64,000 nucleotides of DNA, taken from assembly GCF_006345805.1 (NCBI RefSeq), contig NC_043006.1:104594001-104658000 (forward strand). Direction: 5' to 3'. The notes beneath the pieces are model-generated. The model did not search any database. It saw only the letters and a list, made by a program, of their open reading frames with translations, and was not told the origin of the DNA. This document shows positions 26,113 to 39,419 of this stretch, in pieces; the first letter of the stretch is position 1, and the number at the start of each line of letters is the position of its first letter. This DNA comes from Octopus sinensis (Eukaryota). The position numbers and the translations under genes were made by a program.

Positions 26113-26542
26113 TTAAATTAACGCATAAACGGCTGGGTGTACCCCAAACGCATGTGGATTTTATGTAAAGGTCAAGCTGGATCAACAAGAGGTCGCGTGA
26201 AAAAGTTTTCATTTTAAATCTCGTTCATAATTCATTTGACGGGCCTTCAAAACTTCTGTTTACAAGGCTTTTGTGGATCTGAGAGTATGGTCAAAAACAC
26301 TTACTCAGGATTTCACACTGAAGATGAAACCAGGATCTCCTGATCCCGAATTGAAGCTCCTAAACACTCGGCCATAGCTATGTCAATTATAATGCCATAT
26401 ACGAACTTAATACCACTCAAAACACTATCTTTAGTGTTTCTCTCTATGGAAAAAATAGGTCGTTGGTGCGGATAATTGAATTTAAATATTATTGGTGAAT
26501 TGAAGAAATGGAGCTGAACGAAGATTGAACAGAAATCGTTTT

Positions 26543-26633
26543 ATTTCATTCTACACGTGTTTCGAAAGGCACAATTTACCAAAATCCGATTGAATAATGA
26601 GACCATATTGTGTATTTCTCTTCAGGAAGAAAT
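26543..26633 (-). ncRNA. Type I hammerhead ribozyme in the PLE pLTR
   Basis: Minus strand: AUUUCUUC-CUGAAGA-[GAAA..CACAAU...AUUGUG..UUUC]-GAA-ACACGUGU-A/GAAUGAAAU. Canonical core, GUA site, predicted cut between 26552 and 26551. Confidence 0.9.
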
Positions 26634-27260
26634 AGGAAATCCGTTGGAAAAAACAAAAACAGAACAGAGGCGGAGCAAAACAAATCGAACTAGGCTCCTA
26701 AGAGCCCATGGCAAAACTGTTTATCAGTGTATGTTGAGAACCGGTGGTTGAAGATTTTAACGGGTCAGGCAGCGGTCATTCCTGTGGGTGAGGGTGTGTA
26801 GATGTTCTTTGTGACCGAGAATAAAGTTCTGACTATTTAAGGAATATTGGATGTTTTATAAGGGGCGAGAAAAAATCTACTTAGAGACATGTGTGTGTTT
26901 ACTTTTCTATATATGTGTGCTGGCGCAGGTTGGCAAGACCTCCGTCAAGGGGTAGAAAACATTTTTTGTGTACGTGTGTGCGTTTGATCGCTCGGCTGTC
27001 AGTGGTTAAGCCGCTCTACACAATGGCTACTGCAGTAAGAACCGTTGGGTGGCAGAAAAAAATATATTATGTTTTATGTGTGCGTGTGTTCGTCTAAAAC
27101 ATGCCTTGTCAAGGAAACCCCCCGTCGTCAAAAAACAAAAAACAAAGCCCCGTTTATCTTACAGGAGTAATTCCCCTTGCAGTGGTTAATCGTAATTATC
27201 TTAAAGGCTATTTCAGAATTTGTTACCAAGGGCTATGGGTGCAGGTATTATTTATAAACG

Positions 27261-28637
27261 CTATTTAAAAGCCAGATAAGTGTAACGCCGCCAATGGGGG
27301 CATCGAAAAGCCGACTGTAAAAGTCCCTTTACCATCAAGATTCGCAAAGCCAATCTTGACGATGAGGCCCCTACATAAGTGTAGACATCTGAGTCCGTGT
27401 AAACCATGCATTGGTAGACGGCGTTTCTGATCTTGGAGTTCGCCGACGTGAATCTTATTCTGCTAGGATTAGTTTCTGAAATTAGAACTGCGTTACTGTC
27501 ACTATATTTGTTACGAGAACTGCAACCGCTTACTACTTTATTTTCCACTACGTCACTATTAACTAACGGAATAACCCCTGATTCTCCACTATCTATCAGA
27601 GTGCTGTCATTGCTAGTGTCCGTGGTGCTGCTATTGCGGGAAATGATGCTGGGGTTGCTATTGGGGCTCTCTACCCTACTCCCATTGTTGCCGTCAACCA
27701 CAACACCCCTATTTATAACTATACCCCTAGTGTGTACTCCCTGGCTGGAGCTGAGATTATGAGTCACTGTACTGGCTCTCATATCATTATTACTACTATA
27801 ATTATTCCTACTGAGCATTAAACCGGGAGCGGAAGAGGCTGTGCCTCCGGAAAAAGGTGATAGGGTCTTAGTAAGTAGCCTATTATTATGGGAGGCGATT
27901 ATCTGGGCGAGGTTTTTAATGTTGGAGAAAGCTATCCTAACTTTATGCGAGTTAACCGTGGAGTAATATTTGGAATTTCTGGGGAAGTTATTGGCGATGG
28001 CTTGTCTAAACATGAGGGGGAGGTTAGTTCTAATCTGCTTACCAAAGGGAATTACAAACCATATATGCTTATTCCTATCTGTGTGATGGGTCGGGACGCC
28101 AGCTCTCGCATTCGGGTGGGTGATTCTCGGATGAATAACGGGTTTTGGGTTAGTGTGAGATCTCCCGGACCGATAATTATCCTTGTTCGCTAAATTAAAT
28201 GCAGGATCGACTGCCCCAGCACCCGCCGCGCTCCCGTCCCTACTTAAATTGTTTATGTTATTATAGACGGCCCTATCCTGATGACCGGCCTTGGATAGTG
28301 CGGCGTTATAAAATTCCGCTTTCTGCATAAAAATATCGGCACTGGCGGACAAGCCAGACAATCTTAGAGAGATGTTTTTAACCAAATTGTCTGTTACGGT
28401 TTTGGCATGATTTGAGAAGACACTGACATACTTCAAATTAGTGGAAGGCTTATGGTAAGGGCAGTATGAGTCGCTATTAAGGTTAAGTGTAACGTCTAGG
28501 AAATTAGCCTTGGTGAGTTCATTATCAAAAACTATATTCATGCCCATTCTATTAAAAAACCTAGCTAACCTGCTCTTAGTTTTCTGCACTATTCTGTTCG
28601 TGGTGTTTTGCAGGTAAAACAGACAATCGTCACGATA
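27261..28637 (-). CDS. Truncated PLE reverse transcriptase (YRDD to thumb) plus GIY-YIG endonuclease N-terminal part
   Basis: The frame extends 16 codons upstream of the ORF-track start to YRDDCLF. It contains NFLDVTLNL, YCPYHKP, SNH, HIWFVIPF, IIASHN and NAVYQCMV..YVG. The nuclease C-terminus is degenerate. Confidence 0.85.
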   Translation of the reverse strand, partial: YRDDCLFYLQNTTNRIVQKTKSRLARFFNRMGMNIVFDNELTKANFLDVTLNLNSDSYCPYHKPSTNLKYVSVFSNHAKTVTDNLVKNISLRLSGLSASADIFMQKAEFYNAALSKAGHQDRAVYNNINNLSRDGSAAGAGAVDPAFNLANKDNYRSGRSHTNPKPVIHPRITHPNARAGVPTHHTDRNKHIWFVIPFGKQIRTNLPLMFRQAIANNFPRNSKYYSTVNSHKVRIAFSNIKNLAQIIASHNNRLLTKTLSPFSGGTASSAPGLMLSRNNYSSNNDMRASTVTHNLSSSQGVHTRGIVINRGVVVDGNNGSRVESPNSNPSIISRNSSTTDTSNDSTLIDSGESGVIPLVNSDVVENKVVSGCSSRNKYSDSNAVLISETNPSRIRFTSANSKIRNAVYQCMVYTDSDVYTYVGASSSRLALRILMVKGLLQSAFRCPHWRRYTYLAFK

Positions 28638-28733
28638 TTCAATCGGATTTTGGTAAATTGTGCCTTTCGAAACACGTGTAGAATGAAATAAAACGATTTC
28701 TGTTCAATCTTCGTTCAGCTCCATTTCTTCAAT

Positions 28734-28764
<31 letters not shown>

Positions 28765-28772
<8 letters not shown>

Positions 28773-29280
28773 TCAATATAGGGTGGTGAAAAAAAATTTT
28801 GTAGAATTCCTTTTGCCACCAGCGGCCTAGTGGGAAAAAATTAAATAGTCGTAGACCATTTTTAAGTTCAACATCAACAATCAAGGAACGGCCATAATAG
28901 GCCATTCACCCACTAGAAATAACAGCCAAAGCTTCAACCGCAAATAAAGATCAATTCCGTAAACAGGAGAAAATTTAAAAAAACATTTACCCTGTAATTT
29001 CTTGTACGATGCACCGTTTCGTCTGCTGTTTAATGGTAAACTAACCTGATTAAATTAAATCAAGCCAATCTTCCATAGGCCCTCAGATTCTTCAGCAAGA
29101 AATAGCCAAGTCGGGACAGATATTTTCACGAGGCATTTCCAACCCTGCCAAGGCAATATCTGACCTAAAATTTTCAAATCGTCGCACTCGCGCCAAATTT
29201 ATCGGCATCAAATAAATATAAGCCGTCGATTCCATTACGGAATTAACCAGAAAATTCATAATTAATCAATATAGGGTGGT

Positions 29281-29283
<3 letters not shown>
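28765..29283 (-). mobile_element. 493-bp non-coding HHR unit with 26-bp terminal direct repeat (retrozyme-like monomer)
   Basis: ATAATTAATCAATATAGGGTGGTGAA at 28765-28790 and 29258-29283; HHR inside; 3' end joins (TA)n. Confidence 0.75.
28997..29103 (-). ncRNA. Type I hammerhead ribozyme
   Basis: Minus strand: AUUUCUUG-CUGAAGA-A-UCUG...CAGA-C-GAA-ACGGUGCAUCGU-A/CAAGAAAU. 8-bp perfect helix I, quasi-palindromic stem III, GUA site, A10.1-C11.1 mismatch. Confidence 0.82.
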
Positions 29284-29962
<679 letters not shown>

Positions 29963-30117
29963 CCTATCTATATATAACTGTCCACGAACGGGAATGTGAA
30001 ACTCTGATTAACATTTTTTTGTAATATTTCTGCTGCTTTTTAATAAAGCATATTACACTATCTCTGATATTGAAATACTATTTTTTCCACTTTGTTTCGC
30101 ATTTATGTGCTTACTCC

Positions 30118-30195
<78 letters not shown>

Positions 30196-30710
30196 CCTGT
30201 GTGTGTGTGCATGTGTGTGTGTATGTATATATATGTGTGTTTGCGTATGTTTATGTATATATATGTGTACGTGCATGTATGTATTTATGTATATGCTTTT
30301 GTACTTATATTCTGCGACCAGTCCGTTACATAATCAGCAAATTTTCGAAGCTGCTTATAAAGTACACTTGACCATTTGCTACTAAAATTCTCAAAGGAAT
30401 AAATGAATTGGATGAAACTAATTAGTTCATTCTCCGAAAAATAAACGTCTACTTACATTCAGCTCACTGTGGAAAAACTAAAATGTCTAGTGTCTAGACG
30501 TGTAGATCTTTACTCAATCGAATACAGAATTTCTGTAATGTTTTTGGGAACTGTATGAACACAATAGATGCAAGTATGGCTGCGTGCTAAGAAGATTGGT
30601 TCCAAACAATGTGGTATTGAGCTTACTCTCAGAGCCGACTACTTATAGCTCAGAGTCGACCAAAACGTTGTGAGTGGACTGAGTAGACGGAAACTAAACG
30701 AAGCCCCCCG

Positions 30711-30780
<70 letters not shown>

Positions 30781-31172
30781 CATGATAAACCCTCCTCTCG
30801 AAGGTATATATATGCATATATGTAAATACGAGCAAAACGCGACCCATCCAATGGACGGTGCTGAGTTGTCAAACATTAATCCAAATTTTCTCAAAGCATC
30901 TTGTCCGACCGTCCCATAGGCCACTCCTTTGAGAAACACTGATTTAACCTAAATTTGAAACACCATCAAAAGAAGAAATAAATATAGACTTTTTTTCTTT
31001 TCGAAGAAAAGGTATTTTACAAATACACGTTCCCACGGCTTTATCGATCGCATTGTCACCTGGAATCGGATGGAGGATGCCCGAAATCCTAGAAGACATA
31101 CAGACAGACAGAACGGATTTTTATATAATAGATATATGTGTGTATGAGTATGTGTGTGTGCGTGTATGTGTG

Positions 31173-31221
<49 letters not shown>

Positions 31222-31224
31222 GGG

Positions 31225-31382
31225 TGAGTCAAAACTAGCGCCCAGGTTCTGGGAAGTTGTTTTGCAGGTTGATTCTGACAATTTTGAAAGTTACAAAATG
31301 TGGATCACGCATCATGCTGTTAATACACTTTGATATACCCACTTGTATAACAAGAACCAAGAGTCACATATGGCTCACCCTA
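31225..31382. mobile_element. Small mariner-type MITE
   Basis: Termini TAGGGTGAGTCA / TGGCTCACCCTA. Confidence 0.4.
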
Positions 31383-31462
31383 CATACATACATACATACA
31401 TATATACATATTTACACACAAATATATATATACATACATACATATATACATACATACATGGT

Positions 31463-31818
31463 GATGGTGGCTGCCCCCTCGTTATCGAGTATGGCCATTG
31501 CACCAAGCTTAATCAATGTTGTTATTGTGCAATGCCTGTGCAAGAAGATTTTTTTAAAGTGAGGAAATGCTGTGCACTGAGTCAATCTCACTCACTAAGC
31601 AACAGCAGCCATAATCCGAAAAGAAGAACAAGTCAACATCATCAGTAACCACTGAGCCGCAGGTTTTATGTCGGAGTTATCCCAGTTACCTGGGTTACCT
31701 TCTCCTAGAAGGATGCTCTAACAAAGGCTAGGAGTTCTTCACTCCCAATGGGTTAACCGCGCAATCGGGTATTCAGTCCGGTTATTTCTATTTCCCCGCG
31801 CATGATACAGCCTTAAGG
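31463..31818. repeat. Inverted copy of the 24-475 repeat
   Basis: Reverse complement of 24-475; the ORF-track peptide tail SQSHSLSNxSHNPKRRTSQHHx is shared by both copies. Confidence 0.85.
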
Positions 31819-32045
31819 CATTTATTGGATGGCCGTTGACTCTCAAGAATTCCTCCGCAATTTGACAGGTTCTGTTTTTCATCCCACAGGGTGTCCAATA
31901 AACACCCTCCTCACCAAGCAAGCTTGGTGGAGTTGCCGGTTTAGTCGCCGACGACCCGACCATGCAACAGGTTTTACTGGGTTACATGTTACATACGTAC
32001 GTACATACATACATACGTATATACATACATAAATACATACATACA

Positions 32046-32074
<29 letters not shown>

Positions 32075-32079
<5 letters not shown>

Positions 32080-32420
32080 CATTCATTCATAGCAACTGCT
32101 CTGTCGCAGACGAGCAAAGCCATTTCTATAAGAATCATTGGAAAAAGTCATTGATGATGCAATGTGAAGCCCATGTAAGACACATGAGACCGACCAATTT
32201 TGTTGCATAATGCACAGATGTACTGGCTGGCAGAGGGAGCCAGTGACACAGTATGCATTCTTTTGACATACTCCAACAGAAAGGCACACCCTTCCCAAGG
32301 AGGCACAGGTTCCGTTGTGAACAATAGCTTTATCACAATTTACAATGGGTTAATACCTGTAAGTTCTCTAATGGCTGACCAGGCCTGCACAATTCAAGCA
32401 TTTCCTTCCGGAAATCCGCC
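32075..32420 (-). mobile_element. Possible RTE-clade LINE 3' end
   Basis: Minus-strand YICALCNKIGRSHVS...H resembles the C-terminal CxxC...H motif of RTE ORFs. Tail of (GAAT)/(ATGT) repeats. Confidence 0.4.
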
Positions 32421-32654
32421 ACACACACACACACGTACACGCACACACACACACACACACACGTTCTATGACACGAGTTATATATATATATATTGGCCTG
32501 CTCCTATAGCCAGCGGGGTGGCGTCATTTGAAGGCTAAAACAATGCAAGGCACATTGTGACCAGCGATGTCTAGCAACATCTGATAGCCTGGTCAGTCAC
32601 GGTGATCACGGTGATATATATATATAAACTTAAGCACATGTAGTGGTCAAGCAT

Positions 32655-33150
32655 CACGGGCGAGGGAAAATTTGACATGGTGTTTTATCGAAAGCCAGCC
32701 TTCCGTGATCTCCTCCTCCTCTACAATTCGGCTCTCCCGTCAGGGCCAAGACTGGTTACATAGATAACAAGATCTCCCTCATACACAAGAGATGCAGTGA
32801 AAGCGCCAGCCGGGAGAGACAAGTCACACGGATTATAAATATACTTTGGATCAACGGATACACCAGTCACTAACACGTGATGCGAAACCAAGCCAAATAA
32901 ACGTAGCGGGTGGAATCTACCACCACCACCACCACCACTACTACTACTACTAATACTACAACCACCACCACCACCAAGGAATTCACCACCACAGACAACC
33001 CCCTTCACTGTCATTGCTGCCAACTTACAGCTAGATTTCATGGTCCCTAATGTGACCTTTGCGACACCAACTACACCGGCATTTAGAGAGCTGCTGCTGC
33101 TGCTATTACGACAAGCACAGAACTATCCAAAATGGCAGGATCTATGTTGG
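32655..33150 (+). pseudogene. Decayed PLE fragment (RT thumb to GIY-YIG)
   Basis: FDMVFYRKPAFRDLLLLYNSALP (YRKP at 32686-32697), frameshift to LIHKRCSE...LWINGY, then CDLCDTNYTG (33051-33080). Confidence 0.6.
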
Positions 33151-33529
33151 TACACAACTTCTTGACTGTATTATATCCCGAACATAATAAGAATTGGCAC
33201 AAGAAATATCAAGTTTCTTTTTATATATAAATGGAAAATGAAGAAATGAAACTTGTCAATAAGACATTTTAACAGAAAATGATGGATATATACATATCCA
33301 TCATATCTTCGAAACATGTGTCGGAAGTAAAAGAATTTGAATAACACCTGCGTTGAACTCCATTTATTTATTTATATATATTAGACAAAAGAATTTCACG
33401 CAAACCCGAAGTTTCTACATTTAAAAACAAGGTGTTACAACCTTTTTACTTGTATAATTTTTTGCTACCCTGGTAACTATTTATCTATTTTTTCCGTGTT
33501 AATTGTTAACAAGGGACAACAGACACATC

Positions 33530-33586
<57 letters not shown>

Positions 33587-33611
33587 CTCTCTCTATCTAT
33601 CTATCTATCCA

Positions 33612-33649
<38 letters not shown>

Positions 33650-33771
33650 CATATATATATATATATACGAATGCGCATACTATGCACATGTACACACACA
33701 GACACACATATAATATTTGCTCTAAAATAAGAAATAAAAATTAAAACATATTGAAGTTTAACCACATATAC

Positions 33772-33925
33772 CTATTTCTTTACTACCCACAAGGGTCTAA
33801 ACACAGAGAGGACAAACAAGGACAGACAAACGGATTAAGTCGATTATATCGACTCCAGTGCGTAACGGCAGATGAAATACGGCTACGCATTTCGCCCGGC
33901 GTGCTAACGTTTCTGCCGGCTCGCC
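33772..33925 (-). mobile_element. SINE family S2, internally deleted
   Basis: Tail TTTCTTTACTACCCACAAGG...CGACTCCAGTGCGTAAC is joined directly to head sequence GGCAGATGAAATACGG. Confidence 0.8.
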
Positions 33926-34249
33926 GAATTATATACCGTTCGCGTGTGTATGTATGTGTGTCCATCTGATAAAAATTACACCCTGATTTTGCCCTATACG
34001 TGCTTCTTCAACCTCTACGTCAGATTGTCGTATGTTCACATGACTCTGATTGGTTGACTGATTGATAGTGACATTAATGGCCACACTACATCCGTCGCAG
34101 AGATATAACCCACATCCAACGAATCCAGCCTTTGGCAATAACTAGTGGCAGTAATTAAGCAATTCTCCGCAGAAACAATAAGCTAATATACTAGAATATG
34201 TCTTTCAGTCGTGCTCTCAAATAATTATTTTAAAAGCTATTACTCAAGA

Positions 34250-34293
<44 letters not shown>

Positions 34294-34605
34294 TACACAC
34301 ATATGTATATATATGTGTGTGTGTAAAATACTCCTAACAAAAAAAAAAAACTAGATATAATTTCTATATAATTTTATAAACTTGATTTACTCTCTGGTAA
34401 ATTACGTAATTTTTAACAGCGCTACGCAAGGCTACACCGAAAAGCGGATATGCTTTAAACGAAATTAGTATTACAATGATGGCATTTATCAGATACTATA
34501 TTGAGACAGTGATATATACACATATATGTATGTATTTGTACATATGTATATATATTGGTGTGTGTGTGTGTGTGTTTGTTTGTGTATTTTTATGAGTATG
34601 AGGTT

Positions 34606-34639
<34 letters not shown>

Positions 34640-35190
34640 GTGAACATATTTTATTGAGTATACCAGACCATGACAAATAAATTGATGTAAGTTTTTGGAT
34701 TCAAATTTGTGCTAATAAAAGAATTAGCAATGGAACACAGAACTTGTGAATCATAAATATAGAATGTATATCTTGTATAATAGAAATCTAAGTCCTTGAA
34801 CGGTCTAGAAGATAAGGTATTGGTCTAGTGACTTAATCGTTTTTATCCTCCTCTACAAGACACTCTTTTTGGCTTTCCAAATAATTTTAAGCTTAATTAA
34901 GAAAACCGTTTATATGTTATTTTTATATATTGTCTCGGAATTTTGACTATGCTTTGCATCTCAGAAATAGAAAGTGGTGTTGTTCTAATAGGGAGTTCAT
35001 TAATCATTTTAATTCGTTTGTTCAACTCATCTCTGCTTAAGCTATTCCTATGAATTAATTTTGTAGATTTTGCCTTATCACTTACATCTTGTTACCCACT
35101 TCCCTTCAATCTTGCAGTTAAGCAGGAAACTTTTATTCACTTTATCAATCCTTGTACTCGTCAACACACACATATATAAATAAATATAAG

Positions 35191-35226
<36 letters not shown>

Positions 35227-35329
35227 TTAAATTAGAGATAAAACCACTATTAGGCAATATATGTATGTATGTATGTATGTATGCATGTATGTATGTATGT
35301 ATGTATGTGTGTCTGTGTCTGTGTCTGTG

Positions 35330-35525
35330 TCATTGGCGATTTTGTTTCTCCGTCTTCTCTTCTCTAGACTTTTTCTTTTGTTCTATATTTCTAACGAAGT
35401 GCTCCGCAAGAAACGTGAAATCCTCCTTCTTTCATTCCTTTCCTGAGCGTCCAATAACACTATACTTATTCTACATCCTCACGTTGTTATGTTTTCGCTT
35501 TGTTCATGTTTGGATCAACTATATA
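35330..35525 (+). mobile_element. Short HHR-like element, family B (degenerate)
   Basis: TTT-CTAACGA-A-GTGC-TCC-GCAA-GAAACGT at 35388-35416; body matches 60556-60778; ends at TA repeats. Confidence 0.65.
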
Positions 35526-36149
35526 TATGTATATAAGGCGGACAAGAAGGAAGGAAATCTTTAATATTCCTTTGAAGGAAACAAGCAGTCGAAGGATGTT
35601 AGTTGCCGATAGATTTTTCCACAAGATTTGTGGTAAAATAATTATTAAACTAAAAACTTGGTTTTGTACCTTATCTACTATAATAATACTCTTGTGTTTT
35701 CCTCCGTCACAACATATGACTGAGAATGGTAGGAGTGATAGGTGAATAAAAAGGAAGGAGTGATGGCAAACTTCGTAGTGGAATGATGGAAACTGAACAG
35801 TGAAAAAGATAAATCAAACAGCGTTTCAACTCTGTGTGAGCTTATGTGTGTGTATATAAAAGGGAGGTATGTGAATGTTTGTGTGTGTGTTTGTGTTTGT
35901 GTTTGTGTGTGTGTGTGTGTGTGCAATGGTAGTGGGATGGTGAACATTCAACGCTGAAAAGAAAAATCAAACAGCGTTTCAACTCTGTGTATTCGGTATT
36001 TACTTGCCAGCTCCTGTATTTAGTCAAGCAGTCAAAGGATGTTAGTTGCGGATAGGTTTTTCACAAAACAAAATAGTAATAAAAGAATTATTAAACCAAA
36101 ACCTTAGTCTTGTAATTTAATTAGATGTAAAATACTACAATTAGCCGTT

Positions 36150-36190
<41 letters not shown>

Positions 36191-36765
36191 CGGCAGCATT
36201 ACCACCGAGATAATCTCAGACTGTTCTATTTTTAATAACATGCCTAAGCAGATAAGGTTAAAAAGTCCCATTGCTTCACAACTGATTCTGTCAGTTTTAT
36301 CTTCCTAAGCATTTACCTCTAGCTTTAGTGTCAAATAATTGATCAAATTAAAGCTTCCATCAAACTAGACGAAACTTTCACGCCTGAGCCATATTATCTT
36401 CGCCATTATGTATCCACGACGTTAAGACTATGATTTCTGCTCCAGATCGATCACTCCATTAACTTAGATAAACTATATTTAGCATAAAGGAATTAATTCT
36501 AATTCGGTCTAAGTCTTAATATATAATAATCTGAATTGAACGTTTCTGATCAACTGCATGGCATAAAATCAGTAAGAATTGAGTAATTACCTCAAATCAG
36601 TTTATTTCACATTAAGCGAACTATGGCTAAGAGCGAGATTGTACACGTAAACTATTGCTACGTTCTCGCATTCATTAATATAACTTGTTTGATTAAGAAG
36701 TGAGGAATTTTAAACAGACGTGACATTTCTGTTTTTATTAATTTATTAGTTTAAGATTCGTTATA

Positions 36766-37166
36766 AGCGTAGGCGTGGCTGTCTGCTAAGAAGGCTGCTC
36801 GTCAACTACATGGCTCCGCGTTCAGTCCCATGGAGTGTCACTTCTGCAATAGTCTCTGGCCAATCAAAGCCTTGTGAGTGGATTTGGTAGACAGAAAGTG
36901 AAAGAAGCCTGTTGTGTGTGAGTCTATATATATATTCACGTATATATATATATGAGTGTGTATCTTTGTGTTTATGCCCCCCTCATGGCTTGCCAACCTG
37001 TGTTGATGTAGTTTTCGTCCCCGTAACGTAGTGGTTCGTCAAAAAACATCGATTAAATAAGTACTAGACTTTATAAAAATAAATCCCGAAGTTAATTTGC
37101 TCGACTAAAAGTCTCCTAAAGCGGTGTTACAGCATGGCCGCAGTCAAATGACTGAAACAAGTAAAT
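36766..37166 (+). mobile_element. SINE family S1 copy
   Basis: Full-length diverged match to 12007-12412. Confidence 0.85.
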
Positions 37167-37494
37167 GAATGAAAAGAATGTCGGACAAAATATTTACCTA
37201 CATATGTCCCGGCTCTTTACGTTCCGAGTTCAAATTCTGTCAAGATCTGCTCTCCTTTTCATCCTTTCGGGGTCTATGAAATAAGCATCAGTTGAATTTT
37301 TGAGTTGATGCGATCAACTTACTGCTTCCCTAGAATTGCTACCCTACTGCCAAAATTTGTAACCATTGATTTATTAGTGGGGAACTGTTTCTAAACCATT
37401 TCTTGCTTATGGACTCTTTTGATTCCTACCATATTTGGGGTGCAACCACAGCCATTCGCTGTTTTAAAAAAAATTATCCTATTATATTTTTATA

Positions 37495-37899
37495 CTCTTT
37501 TACGCTTTTACTTGATTCAGTCATTTGACTGCGGCCATGTTGGAGCACCGCCTTTAGTCGAGCAAATCGACCCCAGGACTTATTCTTTGTAAGCCTAGTA
37601 CTCATTCTATCGGTCTCTTCTGCCGAACCGCTAAGTGACGGGGACGTAAACACACCAGCATCGGTTGTCAAGCAATGCTAGGGGGAGAAACACAGACACA
37701 AAAACACACACACACATACATATACATACATATATATGACAGGCTTCTTTCAGTTTCCGTCTACCAAATCCACTCACAAGACATTGGTCAGCCCGGGGTT
37801 ATAGCAGAAGACACTTGCCCAAGATGCCACGCAGTGGGACTGAACCCGGATCCATGTGGTTGGTTAGCAAGCTACTTACCACACAGCCACTCCTGCGCC
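37495..37899 (-). mobile_element. SINE family S1, complete young copy
   Basis: Near-identical reverse complement of 12007-12412. Confidence 0.92.
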
Positions 37900-38241
37900 T
37901 ATACTTAAATATCCATAAAGAATTGTATGATATTCTTTCATTTCGTTTAGCCATTTGATTGCGGCCATGCTGGAGCACGGCTTTGAAGGGCTTTAATGAA
38001 ACAAACCGACCCCAAGTACTTATTTCCTTAAAGTTTTGTATTTATTCTATCGGATCCTTTTGCCGAACCACTTAGTTATGGGACATACTAACACTGGTTT
38101 TCAAGCGGAGAAGGTTGGGACATACACATGCACTAAGACACACACACACACACACATACATATATATAGATGGATAGAATTTGTCGATAATTTCGCTGAA
38201 CAGGAGGAATTCCTCAAGATCAAGGTACTAAGAAGCGCAAA

Positions 38242-38472
38242 GGCGGCGAGCTGGCTAAAACGTTAGCACGCCGGACGAAACGCATAGCCGTATTTTGTCT
38301 GCCGTTACGTTCTGAGTTCAAATTCCGCCGAGGTCGACTTTGCCTTTCATCCTTTCGGGATCGATAAATTAAGTTCCAGTTACGCACTGGGGTCGATGTA
38401 ATCGAATTAATCCGTTTGTCTGTCCTTGTTTGTCCTCTCTGTGTTTATCCCCTTGTGGGTAGTAAAGAAATA
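38242..38472 (+). mobile_element. tRNA-derived SINE family S2 with Nin/Deu-like central domain, complete copy
   Basis: GGCGGCGAGCTGGC...GAGTTCAAATTCC (B box)...GCCTTTCATCCTTTCGGGATCGATAAATTAAGT (resembles the Deu/Nin SINE core)...CCCCTTGTGGGTAGTAAAGAAATA. Confidence 0.88.
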
Positions 38473-38952
38473 TATATTAAGAAGCACAGAAGGACTGAGT
38501 GATTGTGCATCGGCTTAGATATGAGGCAGAATACAGGCGGTGGGAGGAGGATAGAATGATGGGTCGAATCGACCTGTGGTAGAGAGGGTTTATAGTTAGA
38601 TAATTCAGAGGCCTAGAAGAATTGTTATGGGGAAAGAAGAAACAAAGAAGAATAAGGAAGTTCGTATCTGTCAATTACTGGCCGGACATTCTTTTGGAAT
38701 TTACTAATCAGTGAAAATGGCTGTCTTTGTAGCTATTAATTGGGACGTTAGTGTGTGAAGTAGAAGTTATCGTACCATATGTATAAGAACAGTAGTGCTG
38801 AAAGATTACTGTTATTTGTAGGAGGTCAGCGTCTCAAGAGGCCTGTAGTTACTTTCAGAGTTCAGTGGAAAACACCAGGTTTTGCGGTTTTGGCAAAATC
38901 ACAAGCAAACACTCACACATGCGATATACGCATATGTATATAATTACGTGTA

Positions 38953-39023
<71 letters not shown>

Positions 39024-39091
39024 CATACATACATATACATATATATCTGTTTGTATACTTGTATATGTATGTGTATATATATATATATATA

Positions 39092-39134
<43 letters not shown>

Positions 39135-39377
39135 TGTGCATATAAACATATAATATATATATATATATTATATATATATATACATATATATATATTCGGC
39201 AATTGCATCATGCCAGAGCCATTCTAGTAATTTGTTAACACCACACAAAGCGGTAACATTCGCTTTATTTTATGAGGTGCCAAAATTTAAATTTAAAATG
39301 AATTTAACTGCTTTGTGTGTTATTAAAGGCCGGAATGGCTCTTCTCTGATCTCAGATCAAGTTATTTGCTTGGCAAG

Positions 39378-39419
<42 letters not shown>

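Larger units (their letters stand above)
26495..28737 (-). mobile_element. Penelope-like retroelement (Naiad/Chlamys-like), 5'-truncated, with inverted partial pLTR
   Basis: 102-bp perfect inverted repeat (26495-26596 vs 28636-28737) brackets an RT-thumb plus GIY-YIG frame; hammerhead in the 3' pLTR. Confidence 0.92.

Noticed and set aside
27433-28193. Plus-strand ORFs of 109 and 101 aa
   Set aside because: Antisense shadows of the PLE reading frame.
31640-31655. CTGATGA on the minus strand (also at 4550, 14646, 25785)
   Set aside because: No correctly placed GAAA, stem II or helix I partners; chance heptamers.
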